A stretch of 64,000 bases of DNA from Bdellovibrionales bacterium (GCA_040380025.1 JBEIJY010000010.1:1-64000); one strand, 5' to 3'. Positions 51,575 through 62,246 are shown, counted from the first letter of the stretch. A program made the numbers and translations. Notes: generated by a model from the sequence alone, not told the origin.

Positions 51575-52345
51575 GTGAAGCCCAAATCCTCCCCATTTGC
51601 CAAAGGACGGGTCCCGCTCGAGCGGGCGCTCTCGAAGCTCGGTCGCGCCTCCCGGACCGAGGCACGAGCCCTGATTCTTGCCGGCCGGGTGAAGGTTCAC
51701 GGCTCCATCGAGAAAAACCCCGATCGCCCGGTGAACCCCGATACCGCGCACATCGAAGTGGCCGGAGAAAAAACCGTCCGCGAGGAATCCCGTGTGGTTT
51801 CGTTCCATAAACCGAAGGGTGTCCTCACCACCAAGCGCGATCCCGAGGGCCGAAAGACCATTTACGATCTGCTCCCCGAGGAGCTTCGGTCGCTTCATCC
51901 GGTCGGGCGGCTCGATCTTCACACCTCGGGGTTGCTCTTGCTCACGAACGACACCCGAATCTCGAGCTTCCTTACTGATCCTGTGAACGCGATCCCGCGT
52001 ACCTATGTGGTCGGGGTCGAGGGAGAAGTGACCCCGGAGGCCGTAATGCGCATGCAAGAGGGGGTTCAGGACGACGGAGAGATTCTTCGGGCCCGCGAGG
52101 TCGAGGTCCGGAAGAAAAGCAAAAAGGAATCCTTGCTCCTTCTGACGCTCGAAGAAGGAAAAAACCGCGAGATCCGCAGGCTTTGTCTGGCCCTCGGCCA
52201 TGAGGTGCGGAGCTTGAAGAGGATTTCCTTCGGTTCCTTTCCTCTCGAAGATCTGGCGCCCGGGGCGTGGCGGGAGGAGAATCCGGCGCTCCACCCCGAA
52301 ATCTCACCCGCGAATGTGCCATCCCCGGGGCTTCGTGAAGGCTAG
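51575..52345 (+). CDS. rRNA pseudouridine synthase, RsuA/RluB family
   Basis: S4 domain (SRTEA..LI..GRV), HKPKG, VGRLD, GLLLLTND, EGKNREIRR. Confidence 0.93.
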   Translation: MKPKSSPFAKGRVPLERALSKLGRASRTEARALILAGRVKVHGSIEKNPDRPVNPDTAHIEVAGEKTVREESRVVSFHKPKGVLTTKRDPEGRKTIYDLLPEELRSLHPVGRLDLHTSGLLLLTNDTRISSFLTDPVNAIPRTYVVGVEGEVTPEAVMRMQEGVQDDGEILRAREVEVRKKSKKESLLLLTLEEGKNREIRRLCLALGHEVRSLKRISFGSFPLEDLAPGAWREENPALHPEISPANVPSPGLREG

Positions 52346-53668
52346 GATTCCCAAGGTCGAGAGGGTGGCCCCGAGGCCCGAGTGCTTCCGGCCGGCCCAG
52401 GGCAGGTAGGGGCTCACGCGGTCACAGCAGTTCACATACGAGGTGCCCGAATCGACTTTTGCAAGAATCCGCTCGGCCCGCTCGCGGTTTGACGAATACA
52501 CCGAAGCCGTGAGTCCGTATTCGCAGTCATTCATGAGGCGCACGGCCTCATCATCGGTTTCGACCTTCATGACTCCGATGATCGGGCCGAAGCTCTCTTC
52601 GGTCATGACTCGCATGGAGTGATTCACATCATGGAGCACTGTGGGCTCGAAAAACGCGCCCTTTCCGGCGAGGCGCTTTCCGCCCGTAAGAACCCGCGCT
52701 CCCTTTCGGACTGCGTCCTCGATTTGCGCTTCGAGAAATGCAAGGTGCGCGGGCCTCGTCAGCGAGCCTTGCTGAAAGGACCGATCGAGCGGGTTCCCGA
52801 CCCGGAGAGCCTTCACCTCGTGTTCAAACAGCGCAAGGAACGCGCCATACACGCGCTCGTGAACATACACGCGCTCGACTGCGCAACAACTCTGCCCGTT
52901 GTTGTAAAAACAGCCTTCGGCGACCGCTTGGGCAATCTGCTTCAGGTCTTTTCCGTCATCGGCGACATACAGCGGGTCTTTCCCGCCCAGTTCGAGTCCG
53001 ACCGGCACGAGCTTCCCTGCGACCCGTTCCGCAATGCGCTTGCCGGTCCGGTAACTGCCGGTGAAGAAATACCCGTCGAGCGAAAGATCGAGAAGCATCT
53101 CGCCCGCCCGCGCATCACCGATCACAGGAACGAAAAGCTCTTTCGGCACCCCCGCGCGATGCAAAAGCTCAGCAATCCGGAGGCCCGTGATCGTCGCGAA
53201 TTCCGAGGGCTTGTAGAGCACCGCGTTTCCGGCGATCAGTGCGGGCACGAACACGTTTACTCCCACGAGCCAAGGGTAGTTCCAGGCCGAGATATTCGCG
53301 ATCACTCCGAGCGGATCAAAGGCGATTCTTTCTTCGGTCGTCCCGTCGGTGCGGACCACCCGGGATTGCAGGGTCGAAGCCGATTGCTCCAAAAAGAATC
53401 GAATCCGGCTTCGCGCCCCGTTCAGCTCATTGAGCGATTCTTGAATCGGTTTTCCGACCTCTTGGGTCAGATCGCGTGCGAGGCTCTCGCGGTTCTCGTC
53501 GATCAGGTCATGAAACCGGGCAAGGCACGAAATCCGATGCTCGATCGGAAACGCCGCCCACGACGATTGCGCTGTCTTGGCGGCCTTCCACTTGGCCGAC
53601 ACCGAGGACTCGGTGTCTTCGGGGACTTCGCGGATCAGTTCTTCGGTCGCAGGATTCAGGATTTTCAT
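52304..53668 (-). CDS. Aldehyde dehydrogenase
   Basis: AWNYP, KPSE, FTGS, LELGGKDP, NNGQSCC, EESFGP. Confidence 0.95.
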   Translation of the reverse strand: MKILNPATEELIREVPEDTESSVSAKWKAAKTAQSSWAAFPIEHRISCLARFHDLIDENRESLARDLTQEVGKPIQESLNELNGARSRIRFFLEQSASTLQSRVVRTDGTTEERIAFDPLGVIANISAWNYPWLVGVNVFVPALIAGNAVLYKPSEFATITGLRIAELLHRAGVPKELFVPVIGDARAGEMLLDLSLDGYFFTGSYRTGKRIAERVAGKLVPVGLELGGKDPLYVADDGKDLKQIAQAVAEGCFYNNGQSCCAVERVYVHERVYGAFLALFEHEVKALRVGNPLDRSFQQGSLTRPAHLAFLEAQIEDAVRKGARVLTGGKRLAGKGAFFEPTVLHDVNHSMRVMTEESFGPIIGVMKVETDDEAVRLMNDCEYGLTASVYSSNRERAERILAKVDSGTSYVNCCDRVSPYLPWAGRKHSGLGATLSTLGILAFTKPRGWHIRG

Positions 53669-54408
53669 CGCGTTCGCTCCAAAAAGAAATCAAGCAGGGG
53701 TGCGGGATCGGCAACGACGGCTCCCAAGGTATGAGAAAACTCCGGATGCCATTGCACGCCCATCAGCAAATGCCGGTCGGGGTCGCCGTGGTGGAAGGCT
53801 TCGATCAGGCCGTCGTCCGAGGCGCGGGCATCCACCGTCAGTCCGTCTCCCAAGGTCCGGATTCCCTGATGATGCACGGAATTCACGACAAGCGTGCGAG
53901 TCCCGTGAATCCGCGCGATCAGGCTTTCTTCGGGGCACTCGATTTTGTGATGAACGCGATCATACAGGGTCGCATTGCGATGCTCGACAGGGGTTTTCGT
54001 CTCGAGCGCAAGGTCCTGGTGGAGGGTCCCTCCGAAGTACACGTTCATGAGCTGGAATCCCCTGCAAATGCCGAGCACGGGTTTTTCGTGTTTCACGGCC
54101 CAGTCGAGGATCCGAAGCTCATACTGATCCCGATGGGGATCCCCGGGCCAACGGCCGTTTTCGATCGGCTCGGCGCCATAAGAGGAGGGCGCGATGTCGG
54201 CCCCGCCCTGAAACACGAATCCGTTCATCTCGTTCAGAATCGGCTCGAGTTCGCCGAAGGGCAGATCGGGCAGAAGAACCGGCATGACTCCGGGCCGCGC
54301 AAGGAAGCGGCTCATGTCGTGTTCCAGGTAGCTCAGCTGTTTTGGCCCGAAAACCGTCCGTGACGGATCCGGGTAAAAAAAACAGGCGCTGACCCCGATT
54401 CGGATCAT
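53665..54408 (-). CDS. Gamma-glutamyl-amide hydrolase (PuuD-like, peptidase C26)
   Basis: GGADI, GICRG, VNSVHHQ, VQWHPE. Confidence 0.92.
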   Translation of the reverse strand: MIRIGVSACFFYPDPSRTVFGPKQLSYLEHDMSRFLARPGVMPVLLPDLPFGELEPILNEMNGFVFQGGADIAPSSYGAEPIENGRWPGDPHRDQYELRILDWAVKHEKPVLGICRGFQLMNVYFGGTLHQDLALETKTPVEHRNATLYDRVHHKIECPEESLIARIHGTRTLVVNSVHHQGIRTLGDGLTVDARASDDGLIEAFHHGDPDRHLLMGVQWHPEFSHTLGAVVADPAPLLDFFLERTR

Positions 54409-55562
54409 GCCAGCGCCTTCCGGTACAGCTCCGCAAAGTCGGCACGGGTCACGGGGCGCTCATTCGAGGCATGGCAGGGATCCAGAATCGCAAGGTCGGC
54501 CAGACGATCGACGTGCGACTCGGTGACCCCGAGAGATCCGAGGGACGGAGGAATCCCGAGCTTGTGGTTCAGGTCTTTCAGCCACGAAATGAAGCCCCGT
54601 CCGCTCTGGTCTTCGAGCCCGATCGTGATCGCGATGGTCTTCATCCGCGCTTCCGAAACCGGAAGATTGAACTCCATTCCGTGCGGAATCATGACCGCAT
54701 TCGCAAGACCATGGTGCATGTCGACCAGGGTCGAGAGGGGATGGGCAAGCGAGTGCACGATGCCGAGGCCCTTCTGGAAGGCGGTGGCGCCCATCAGTGC
54801 TCCCATCATCATCTTCGCTCGCGCCTCGATGGTCGGCGCATTCGTCGCGGCTTCGAGACTCTGCGAAATCAGGCGGATTCCTTGCAAGGCCACCCCGTCA
54901 CAGAGCGGCGAAAAGCCTTTTGCCAGATACGCCTCGACACAATGGGTGAGCGCGTCCATTCCGGTTGCGGCCGTCACCTGCGGAGGAAGTCCCATGGTCA
55001 GCTCGGGATCGGCGAACACTTTTTTCGCCATCAGGCGCGGCGAAAAAAGAATCTTCTTTTCGTGGGTCTTGTCATCCGCGATCACGGTCGAGCGTCCCAC
55101 TTCCGAGCCGGTCCCCGAGGTGGTGGGAACGGTGATGAAGTAGGGAATCGCCGCGGTCACAAAGCGGTCGCCCCCGAGGGCATCGTCATAGGCGAACAGG
55201 TCGAGCTCGTGATGGGCCTTCAGCGCGATCGCGCGCGCGACGTCCATGCTGGCGCCCCCGCCGAAGCCCACGATCGAGTCACAGCGGTTCGAGTGAAACG
55301 CTTCTACCCCGCTCATGACGTCCGATTTCTTCGGGTTTTTCGAGATTCCCGAAAAGACCGTCGACTGCACGCCGGCCTCCTTCATTCCTCGCAGGACCTT
55401 TTCGAAGACAGGGAGCTTCATCAGGCCCGGGTCGGACACTACGAGCACGTTGTCGAGTCCGAGCTCCTTCAGGTGCGGACCGAGCTCGTCGATCACGCCA
55501 CAGCCGAAGCGAATCGAGGTGGGGAAGTTGTATTGGTAGCGGGATCGGGGATCGAATGCCAT
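54405..55562 (-). CDS. Iron-containing alcohol dehydrogenase
   Basis: GGGASMD, PTTSGTGSE, GMDALTHCVE, HSLAH, HHGLAN. Confidence 0.94.
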   Translation of the reverse strand: MAFDPRSRYQYNFPTSIRFGCGVIDELGPHLKELGLDNVLVVSDPGLMKLPVFEKVLRGMKEAGVQSTVFSGISKNPKKSDVMSGVEAFHSNRCDSIVGFGGGASMDVARAIALKAHHELDLFAYDDALGGDRFVTAAIPYFITVPTTSGTGSEVGRSTVIADDKTHEKKILFSPRLMAKKVFADPELTMGLPPQVTAATGMDALTHCVEAYLAKGFSPLCDGVALQGIRLISQSLEAATNAPTIEARAKMMMGALMGATAFQKGLGIVHSLAHPLSTLVDMHHGLANAVMIPHGMEFNLPVSEARMKTIAITIGLEDQSGRGFISWLKDLNHKLGIPPSLGSLGVTESHVDRLADLAILDPCHASNERPVTRADFAELYRKALA

Positions 55563-55579
55563 GGTTGGTTCTCCTTCTT

Positions 55580-56920
55580 TCAGATGATCTCAAAATATCG
55601 TTTGTATTCCCAGTCGGTCACGGCTTTTGCGTGTTGCTTCCACTCCCATTCGCGGGTGGCGGTGAAGTGGTCCACAAACTCCGGTCCGAACAGCTCACGG
55701 GCAAGCGCCGACCCCTTCATGGCCTGGGTCGCATTCCAGAGGTTCCCGGGCAGAACCCCGTTTGAGAGGTCGCGATAGCCGTTCCCGACGGTCGGCTTCA
55801 CGGTGAGCTTCATTTTTTTGCGCACGCCGTAGAGCCCGGACGCAAGCGATGCCGCATGGGCAAGATAGGGGTTGGCGTCACTTCCGACGACCCGAAGCTC
55901 GATGCGCGTCGATTTCGCTCCGGCCGGGAGGGCGCGGATGCTGGTGGTGCGATTGTCGATCGCCCAGGTCACCGTAGTCGGAGCCCAAGCGCCCTCCACC
56001 AGACGCTTGTACGAGTTGATGGTGGGGGCATACATCGGCAGGATTTCGGGCATGCAGTGCAGAAGTCCCGCAAGGTAGCTTTCCATGATCGGGCTCATGC
56101 CGGTTTTCGATTTCGGATCATGAAACAGGTTCTTTTTTCCGTCCCACAGACTCTGGTGCAAATGCCCCGAGCAACCGGGAAGTTTCTCGCTGATCTTCGC
56201 CATGAAGGTCGGCATGATGCCATAAGGAAGACCGATTTCTTTCACGCCGGACTTGAAGAGTACCGCACGATCGGCCGATTCGAGCACATCGGCATACAGA
56301 ATCGCGGCCTCGAGGACTCCCGGGCCGGTTTCGGTATGAAGCCCCTCGAGCGGCACGCGGAACTCGTGCATGAGATCATACAGATCGTTCAAAAACGGAG
56401 CGTTCTTCGCCATGCGAAGAAGCGAGTACCCGAACATTCCGGGGGTCAGCGGTTCCGGCTCGCGGAACTGCCGTTCGTTCAGCGCTTCGGTCGTCTCGCG
56501 GAAGTTGAACCACTCGAATTCCTGGCCAAAAAAAGCCGAGTAGCCCTCTTTTTCGGCAGTAGAACGGATGCGCTTCAGCAAGTTCCGGGGGCAGACCGCG
56601 TTGTCGAAGTCCCCCAAAAAGAACGAGACATTCTGATCCCACGGTACTTTTCGAAACGTCGAGGGATCGATCTTCGCCGTGGCATCCGGGTAGCCGGTGT
56701 GCCAGCCCGTGAATTTCATGCCCTCGTATGCCTGATCGCCCGAGTCCCAGCCAAAGACGACGTTGCAGAATCCGAAACCGCCGTCCAGGCTCCCGATGAA
56801 TTTGTCTTTGTGCAGGTACTTCCCGCGGAGGATCCCGTCGATGTCGGTGATGGCCACCTTCACTTTGGGGTTCGGGGACGCTTTGACTTCTTCGATGATC
56901 CGGCCGGGATTCAACTTCAA
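55580..56920 (-). CDS. Glutamine synthetase-like gamma-glutamyl ligase (start TTG 56920 after AAGGAG)
   Basis: DIDGILRGK, EFEW, HTETGPGVLE, FMAK, GCSGHLHQS, NSYKRL, DNRT, ELR, NPY. Confidence 0.9.
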   Translation of the reverse strand: MKLNPGRIIEEVKASPNPKVKVAITDIDGILRGKYLHKDKFIGSLDGGFGFCNVVFGWDSGDQAYEGMKFTGWHTGYPDATAKIDPSTFRKVPWDQNVSFFLGDFDNAVCPRNLLKRIRSTAEKEGYSAFFGQEFEWFNFRETTEALNERQFREPEPLTPGMFGYSLLRMAKNAPFLNDLYDLMHEFRVPLEGLHTETGPGVLEAAILYADVLESADRAVLFKSGVKEIGLPYGIMPTFMAKISEKLPGCSGHLHQSLWDGKKNLFHDPKSKTGMSPIMESYLAGLLHCMPEILPMYAPTINSYKRLVEGAWAPTTVTWAIDNRTTSIRALPAGAKSTRIELRVVGSDANPYLAHAASLASGLYGVRKKMKLTVKPTVGNGYRDLSNGVLPGNLWNATQAMKGSALARELFGPEFVDHFTATREWEWKQHAKAVTDWEYKRYFEII

Positions 56921-56930
56921 GGGAGTCTCC

Positions 56931-58355
56931 TTACTCAGCGATGTTCCGGGCTGCGGAACGGGTGCGGGTCCGCACTCGTCGCCAGCCGAACGCCATGATG
57001 ATGAGACCAAGATACAGCAGACCGAGTCTTCCGTTAAAGAAAAACATCGCGCCCAGACTCACAAGAGCGATCACCAGAGCCAGCGCCTGGCTTGCAGGGT
57101 ACAGGGGTGCACGGAAGGGACGGGGGAGCCCGGGGTCGCGGATCCGGAGCACGAAGAAGGAGGCAAGCGAGACCGTATAGAGGGTGATCGCTCCGAAGCA
57201 TGCAAGCGTGATGATCTCGGAGGTCTTCCCCGAGAACAGGGCCGCAAGTCCGACGATCAGATTCGCAATCAGCGCGTTTGCGGGGGTCTTGAACCTCGGA
57301 TGGATTCGCGCAAGCGGCGCCGGAAGCTCGCCTGATCTTCCGAGCTCGAGAGTCACGCGACCGGCGGCCAGGATCAGCCCGTGGAACGACGCGATCAGTC
57401 CGAAGAGTCCTACCGTCAAGAGCAGATGATATAGCACGTGGCTTTTCGGAATGAGCTGCGCCAGGGCGAGGGGCAGGGGAGAATCCGAGGTGGCAGATGA
57501 CCCCGGAACGGGATGCACCACGGCCTCCCAGCCTGCGACACCGACGGCCGAAAAAAAGGTGAGCGCGCAAAGAACAATCAAGGTCGCGATCGAAGATCCG
57601 AACCCGATCAGGACATTCCGCTGGGGATTCACGGTTTCTTCGGCGACATTCGCGATGCCCTCGATGCCAAGAAAGAACCAGATCGCAAACGGAATCGAAG
57701 CGAAGATTCCGGGAACACCATTCGGAAATGCGTTCCGGGCCAGGTGATCGAATTCAAAGCGAGGCAAGGTGACTCCGGCAAAGATCAAAAGCTCCACCAC
57801 CGCAAGCACCGTGACGGCGAGTTCGAAGCGCGCCGCGGTCCGAACGCCGAAGACATTCAGCGCCGTGAAGCCGGCAAACGCGCATGCCGCGATGGCGAGC
57901 ACGGGCACTCCGGGCAGAAATTCATGAAAATACGCATCGATTGCGAACGCGATCGCGGGAGGCGCGAACACGAACTCGATCCATTGGGCGACTCCGGCCA
58001 GATACCCGAACCGGGGCCCGAGGGCGCGGGTGGCGTAATCGAATCCGCCTCCGGCTTTCGGAATCGCGCAGGCGAGTTCGGCATAGCTCAAGGTGAAAAA
58101 CCCGTACATCAGGGCGATCATGCCGGTGGCGATTCCGAGGCCCAATGTTCCGCCCTCCGGAAGCCCGAGATTCCAGCCAAAGTACATGCCCGAGATCACA
58201 TAGCCGACGCCCAGGCCCCAGAGCATGAAGGGGCCCAATGATCGATCGAGTTTGATTTCTTGATTCGGATTTCCCTTCCCCACGGCAGGATCGTATCGGA
58301 GGGAGGGGGAAAGTCCATCCTCGTTTTGGTGTTCCGGAGCGCGCTGTTCAATCAT
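56931..58355 (-). CDS. eat: Ethanolamine permease (APC family); alternative start GTG 58283
   Basis: LWGLGVGYVISGMYFGWN, FAIWFFLGIEG, GLIASFHG typical of Eat. Confidence 0.85.
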   Translation of the reverse strand: MIEQRAPEHQNEDGLSPSLRYDPAVGKGNPNQEIKLDRSLGPFMLWGLGVGYVISGMYFGWNLGLPEGGTLGLGIATGMIALMYGFFTLSYAELACAIPKAGGGFDYATRALGPRFGYLAGVAQWIEFVFAPPAIAFAIDAYFHEFLPGVPVLAIAACAFAGFTALNVFGVRTAARFELAVTVLAVVELLIFAGVTLPRFEFDHLARNAFPNGVPGIFASIPFAIWFFLGIEGIANVAEETVNPQRNVLIGFGSSIATLIVLCALTFFSAVGVAGWEAVVHPVPGSSATSDSPLPLALAQLIPKSHVLYHLLLTVGLFGLIASFHGLILAAGRVTLELGRSGELPAPLARIHPRFKTPANALIANLIVGLAALFSGKTSEIITLACFGAITLYTVSLASFFVLRIRDPGLPRPFRAPLYPASQALALVIALVSLGAMFFFNGRLGLLYLGLIIMAFGWRRVRTRTRSAARNIAE

Positions 58356-58493
58356 AAAAATTGATCGTAAATCCTGATGAACGCACAGTAGGCAGAGTTT
58401 TTCGAGAGAATCGCTTCGACGCGCACTTTCCTCTTCAAATGCGGAATCATTCTGCTAGATTCCCGCTTCCTGCAGTCCGGGTTAAGGGAGGAA

Positions 58494-61400
58494 GTGTCGG
58501 TGGAATCAAAAGGGGCGTTTCGGTTTTTTTCGTCGCAGGTTCTTGCGGCGATTCTGGTGTTCCAGTTCTCATTCTCGCCGCTCGCGCGGGCGCAGACGAT
58601 CCCGCCCCAGGATCCCCCGGGTGCGGATCTTTCGGGAACCGAGGGCTTCGAGGCGAACGATCCCGGTCTGTTCCATTCGACCGATCCGACCCAGCCTGCG
58701 AGCGAGGCCGAGGCGATCCGGGACGCCGAAGAACTCAAAAAAGTCATCGAGGGCACGAGCTCCCGTGTCCGGCTTCGGGTCGACACCTACGGGTTTTACG
58801 ACCTCCTTGCCGATGAATCCTTCGCCTCGAAGGGAATCACCGTTCCCTCGTCGCTTGTCGAGCATGTGCTTCTTCCCGATGGACGGTTCGAGCTCCGGTA
58901 TCGGAACGAAAAAGTCCTCGAATCCCGCTTTCGGGTCAGTTCCGTCGCGCGCTTCGGCGACTTCCTTGTGTTTGTCGAAGACGGCTCCTATCTGTCTTCG
59001 ATTCCTGAAGCCGACCGCGCAAAGGTCACCGTCGAGACCGGAATCCAGTATTTGTCGTTCATCGATCTCGGCCGCTACTCGGGAATGTTCGGCCAGACCC
59101 AGAGCACTCCGCCGGTATTCACCTTGCCGGTCGCTTCGGCCGGGAAAATCGCAGGTTTTGAGACTTCCCAACGGGACCTCGTCCTTCTTTCGGGCGCGGG
59201 TGTTCCGGTCCGGCTTCCCCGGCGGGTACTCGAAGCGTGGTCGCGGAACATCTACGGAGTCGCCATCGATGTGACCGCAAGGCTTCTCGAGCCCCGAACC
59301 TACTCCACGCTCGGAGGCGTGGTCGAAGAGCTCGAGCAGTACTTCAAAGAAGCCGCCGACCATGCGGCGATGAGCGATCTTCCGGCCGAGGTCCGGGCGA
59401 GAGAAGAAATCCGCGGCCGTTTGATCGAGAAGATCCGCCAGAACCGGCTTGACCCCTCGGAGCTCACGCAAGACGAGACCGTCCGGCAGGGGGTGCTTCA
59501 GACCACCAAGTCCATCGAGCTTCAGGGCCGCGTTGCGACCCGCTTGCGGCTGTTGTGGCAGAGACTCAGTTTTCCGGCTCCGATCGAATCGGCAAAGACC
59601 GTGAAGGAGTCGCTCGCTCTCATGGCCTACGGGCTCACAAAGAAGGGTTCGGAGCGAACGGGGGCGCTCAAGGAATCGGGGCTCCAGCTTTTGAACTCGC
59701 GGTTCGCAAAAATCGCGATCCGTCTTGGAATTCCGGTCGCATCGGCCGCCATGCTCGGGCACCTCTACCCCGCAGAGACCGCGCAGTTTTATTATCAGGC
59801 CCTTCAACAAGGGTCGACGGTCCTTCACAGCGCCTCGGGCTTTACCAGAAACCTGTTTGATCTCGGGCTCGACTCGGTCGTCGAGACCCTGAAAGGCCTC
59901 TCACCGCAGAATTTCTACCAAGCCTACCTCGCCGAAGGAAAAGCCTCGAAGTTCGCGGTGGGACTGGGTGCGATCTTCAGCACTGGTCTTGCGATCATTG
60001 CCACTCCGATTCTGGTGGTGAATTCGTGGATGCTTGCGAAGGATCTGAAGAAAAAGGGGAGTTTTAGCATTCAGGCCTTCATCGAGCGCCAGCAAGAACA
60101 GCTCGCCTCCCACCTGAAGGTCCAGTCCGAGACCCAAAAAAGGCTCTCGGAACGGTTCGGAGCCGAATCTTCGACCGAGTTCTCGGCCCAAGACACCGAC
60201 GAGGTGAAGCGGATCCTTGCCGAAATTTCAGAACGCGAGCGGGGCGCGCTTTCGAAGGCACTCGAACGCGCCAAGGCCTCGGCTTCGGAGTTTCAAAAGA
60301 ATTTTGTCGAGAAGGTGCGCTCCTGGCGGCTCTTTCGCAAAAAGACATACGACACTCCGGGCGGGGTGTTCGCGAGCTCCGATGCGAATCCGAATCATCT
60401 GACCGAAATTTCCGAACTGCCGGCCGGAGAGATCCTCGATGCCGATCTCATCGCGCAGGGACGGATCCGCTCGTTCGGTTCGGCGCTCCAGAGCTTTCTG
60501 ATCAGTTACCCGTCGATCACCGAGGGGTTCTCGTCCTTGGTGCGGGGATGGAACGGATTCACCATCTTTCGTCGCGTGTTCTGGAGTCCTTCTCTTTGGG
60601 TCATTCAGACGCTCTACCCGAACTTCTCGAATGTCGCGCTCGGGGACGGGGCTTCGCGGGAACTCACCATTCCCTCGCGCGCGAACGGGGGCTTGGATCC
60701 GACGCCTCTGGCAATGAAGCGCGTGTTCCAGTTCCTGACCTTCAGCTCGAATCTTGACCTGATCCGGGCGTGGGAAAAAAAGATCATCCCGGTCGAAAAG
60801 GCGATCCTCGCGCAGGCGATGGATCACGGCTTCGCCGCGCTTGCCGCGAAAATTCGGAGTGAGGGCGGGGACCTGAAGCCCCTGCTTCAGAACCTGACCT
60901 CGATGGGAGACCCGAAGTTCCAGAGTATCGCGTGGAAGCAAAAAGTGTTCTTCATGCGAACCGTCGAATCGGTCACGGCGCGGAGTCTGCAAAAGTTCTT
61001 GATGGAGCTTGCGGTCGATTCCGATCTTGCCGACCCCGAGGCGGGAGAACTCAAGATTCCGGAGCTGAAGCAAAAAACGCTGGGGCTTTTGGACCGGATT
61101 CAGATCGATCCCGAGACGGCAAAGCGCCTCGTGTCCGAGGTTGTGTCAGAAGGCCTTGCGCTCCGCGATGCCAACAAGAGCGCGAGTCGCTTCAATCCGG
61201 CCGTGATGATCGATCGTCTGCGGGTGAATTCGCTCGAGATCGTCGATCCCAAGAACTCGCCCTCCTTCAAGCGCATCCAGGTCGTGCTCGAGATGATGCA
61301 AAAGCCCGAGTCGATGCCGCGTGCGGTGCGGGCCACGCTTTCTTCGCTCGTCATGGCAAAACTGATCGGCGTCGGTGTGACCCTGATTGCGCTCTCGGGG

Positions 61401-62246
61401 ATGCAGGGAAGCGTGCTTCAGCCGTTTTACCCGGACGAGATGTTCGGGCCGAATAGCTATTTTTACATGGGACGGTACCCCTTCGTGAACGGGCTACTGG
61501 TCGGGCTCGGAACGGCCATGATGTCGAACGCCTGGGTGAAGCTTCAGCAGGATGCCTCGCACTCAGACCACTTCGGGCAGGTGCCGACCGGAATCGACGC
61601 GAAAAAAAGCTACCTGAGCTGGTTTTACAAGCAGAGCTTCCGGAACCCCGAGAACACCTTCTGGGGGAACCAGCGAACCTATTGGAACATCATCTGGGGC
61701 AACATGAAGCCCGCATTCGTATTGATGCTGGTCACGAACATGGTGGGGCTCGGGCGGTTTGATCTCGATGGTTATATTGCGGGCTATTTGCTGAGTTTTG
61801 GCATCATGAACACGGGCTTCAACATGATGATGGAGCAGGGGAGCGAGTTCGCCTCGTACTACCCGCTCAAGGACTTCCCCGAGCGCCTGCGCGGGCATCC
61901 GCTCGTGCAGGAGTACCTCGTAAAAAAACAGCAGGTGTATCGCTTCTATTTTGCGTTCTTCGAGAAGACCTTCGTCGACTTGCAAGAGATGATCATCGGG
62001 AATTTCGAGCGCATGGGAAGCACCCTTGCGACCGTGACCTACAAAAACGAGGCCTTCCTTCGGATGCTCTTCGGGGGCTTCACCCCGACCGAGATCGTGT
62101 ATTCCGGAGTGGAATGGCTCAAGATGAAAACCGCGGCGATTCCCCTGCTGGGCGCTGCGGTCGAAGGCGCCGGGAACTTTTGCGAGCGGCTGTTGACCCG
62201 AGGGTACACCTCTTGGGACAAGGTCAAGGGGCCGTCCGAGGACTGA
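58494..62246 (+). CDS. Large hypothetical exported/multi-pass membrane protein (1250 aa)
   Basis: Signal peptide ending ARA-Q; GGAGG SD; several hydrophobic helices in central and C-terminal parts. Confidence 0.8.
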   Translation: MSVESKGAFRFFSSQVLAAILVFQFSFSPLARAQTIPPQDPPGADLSGTEGFEANDPGLFHSTDPTQPASEAEAIRDAEELKKVIEGTSSRVRLRVDTYGFYDLLADESFASKGITVPSSLVEHVLLPDGRFELRYRNEKVLESRFRVSSVARFGDFLVFVEDGSYLSSIPEADRAKVTVETGIQYLSFIDLGRYSGMFGQTQSTPPVFTLPVASAGKIAGFETSQRDLVLLSGAGVPVRLPRRVLEAWSRNIYGVAIDVTARLLEPRTYSTLGGVVEELEQYFKEAADHAAMSDLPAEVRAREEIRGRLIEKIRQNRLDPSELTQDETVRQGVLQTTKSIELQGRVATRLRLLWQRLSFPAPIESAKTVKESLALMAYGLTKKGSERTGALKESGLQLLNSRFAKIAIRLGIPVASAAMLGHLYPAETAQFYYQALQQGSTVLHSASGFTRNLFDLGLDSVVETLKGLSPQNFYQAYLAEGKASKFAVGLGAIFSTGLAIIATPILVVNSWMLAKDLKKKGSFSIQAFIERQQEQLASHLKVQSETQKRLSERFGAESSTEFSAQDTDEVKRILAEISERERGALSKALERAKASASEFQKNFVEKVRSWRLFRKKTYDTPGGVFASSDANPNHLTEISELPAGEILDADLIAQGRIRSFGSALQSFLISYPSITEGFSSLVRGWNGFTIFRRVFWSPSLWVIQTLYPNFSNVALGDGASRELTIPSRANGGLDPTPLAMKRVFQFLTFSSNLDLIRAWEKKIIPVEKAILAQAMDHGFAALAAKIRSEGGDLKPLLQNLTSMGDPKFQSIAWKQKVFFMRTVESVTARSLQKFLMELAVDSDLADPEAGELKIPELKQKTLGLLDRIQIDPETAKRLVSEVVSEGLALRDANKSASRFNPAVMIDRLRVNSLEIVDPKNSPSFKRIQVVLEMMQKPESMPRAVRATLSSLVMAKLIGVGVTLIALSGMQGSVLQPFYPDEMFGPNSYFYMGRYPFVNGLLVGLGTAMMSNAWVKLQQDASHSDHFGQVPTGIDAKKSYLSWFYKQSFRNPENTFWGNQRTYWNIIWGNMKPAFVLMLVTNMVGLGRFDLDGYIAGYLLSFGIMNTGFNMMMEQGSEFASYYPLKDFPERLRGHPLVQEYLVKKQQVYRFYFAFFEKTFVDLQEMIIGNFERMGSTLATVTYKNEAFLRMLFGGFTPTEIVYSGVEWLKMKTAAIPLLGAAVEGAGNFCERLLTRGYTSWDKVKGPSED

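Noticed and set aside
52304..52345. 42-bp convergent overlap of pseudouridine synthase and ALDH 3' ends
   Set aside because: Short tail overlaps are common in compact genomes; no further signal.
55580..56920. Calling the gene glnA (true glutamine synthetase)
   Set aside because: Operon context with C26 hydrolase, ADH, ALDH and amine permease indicates a gamma-glutamyl-amine ligase.
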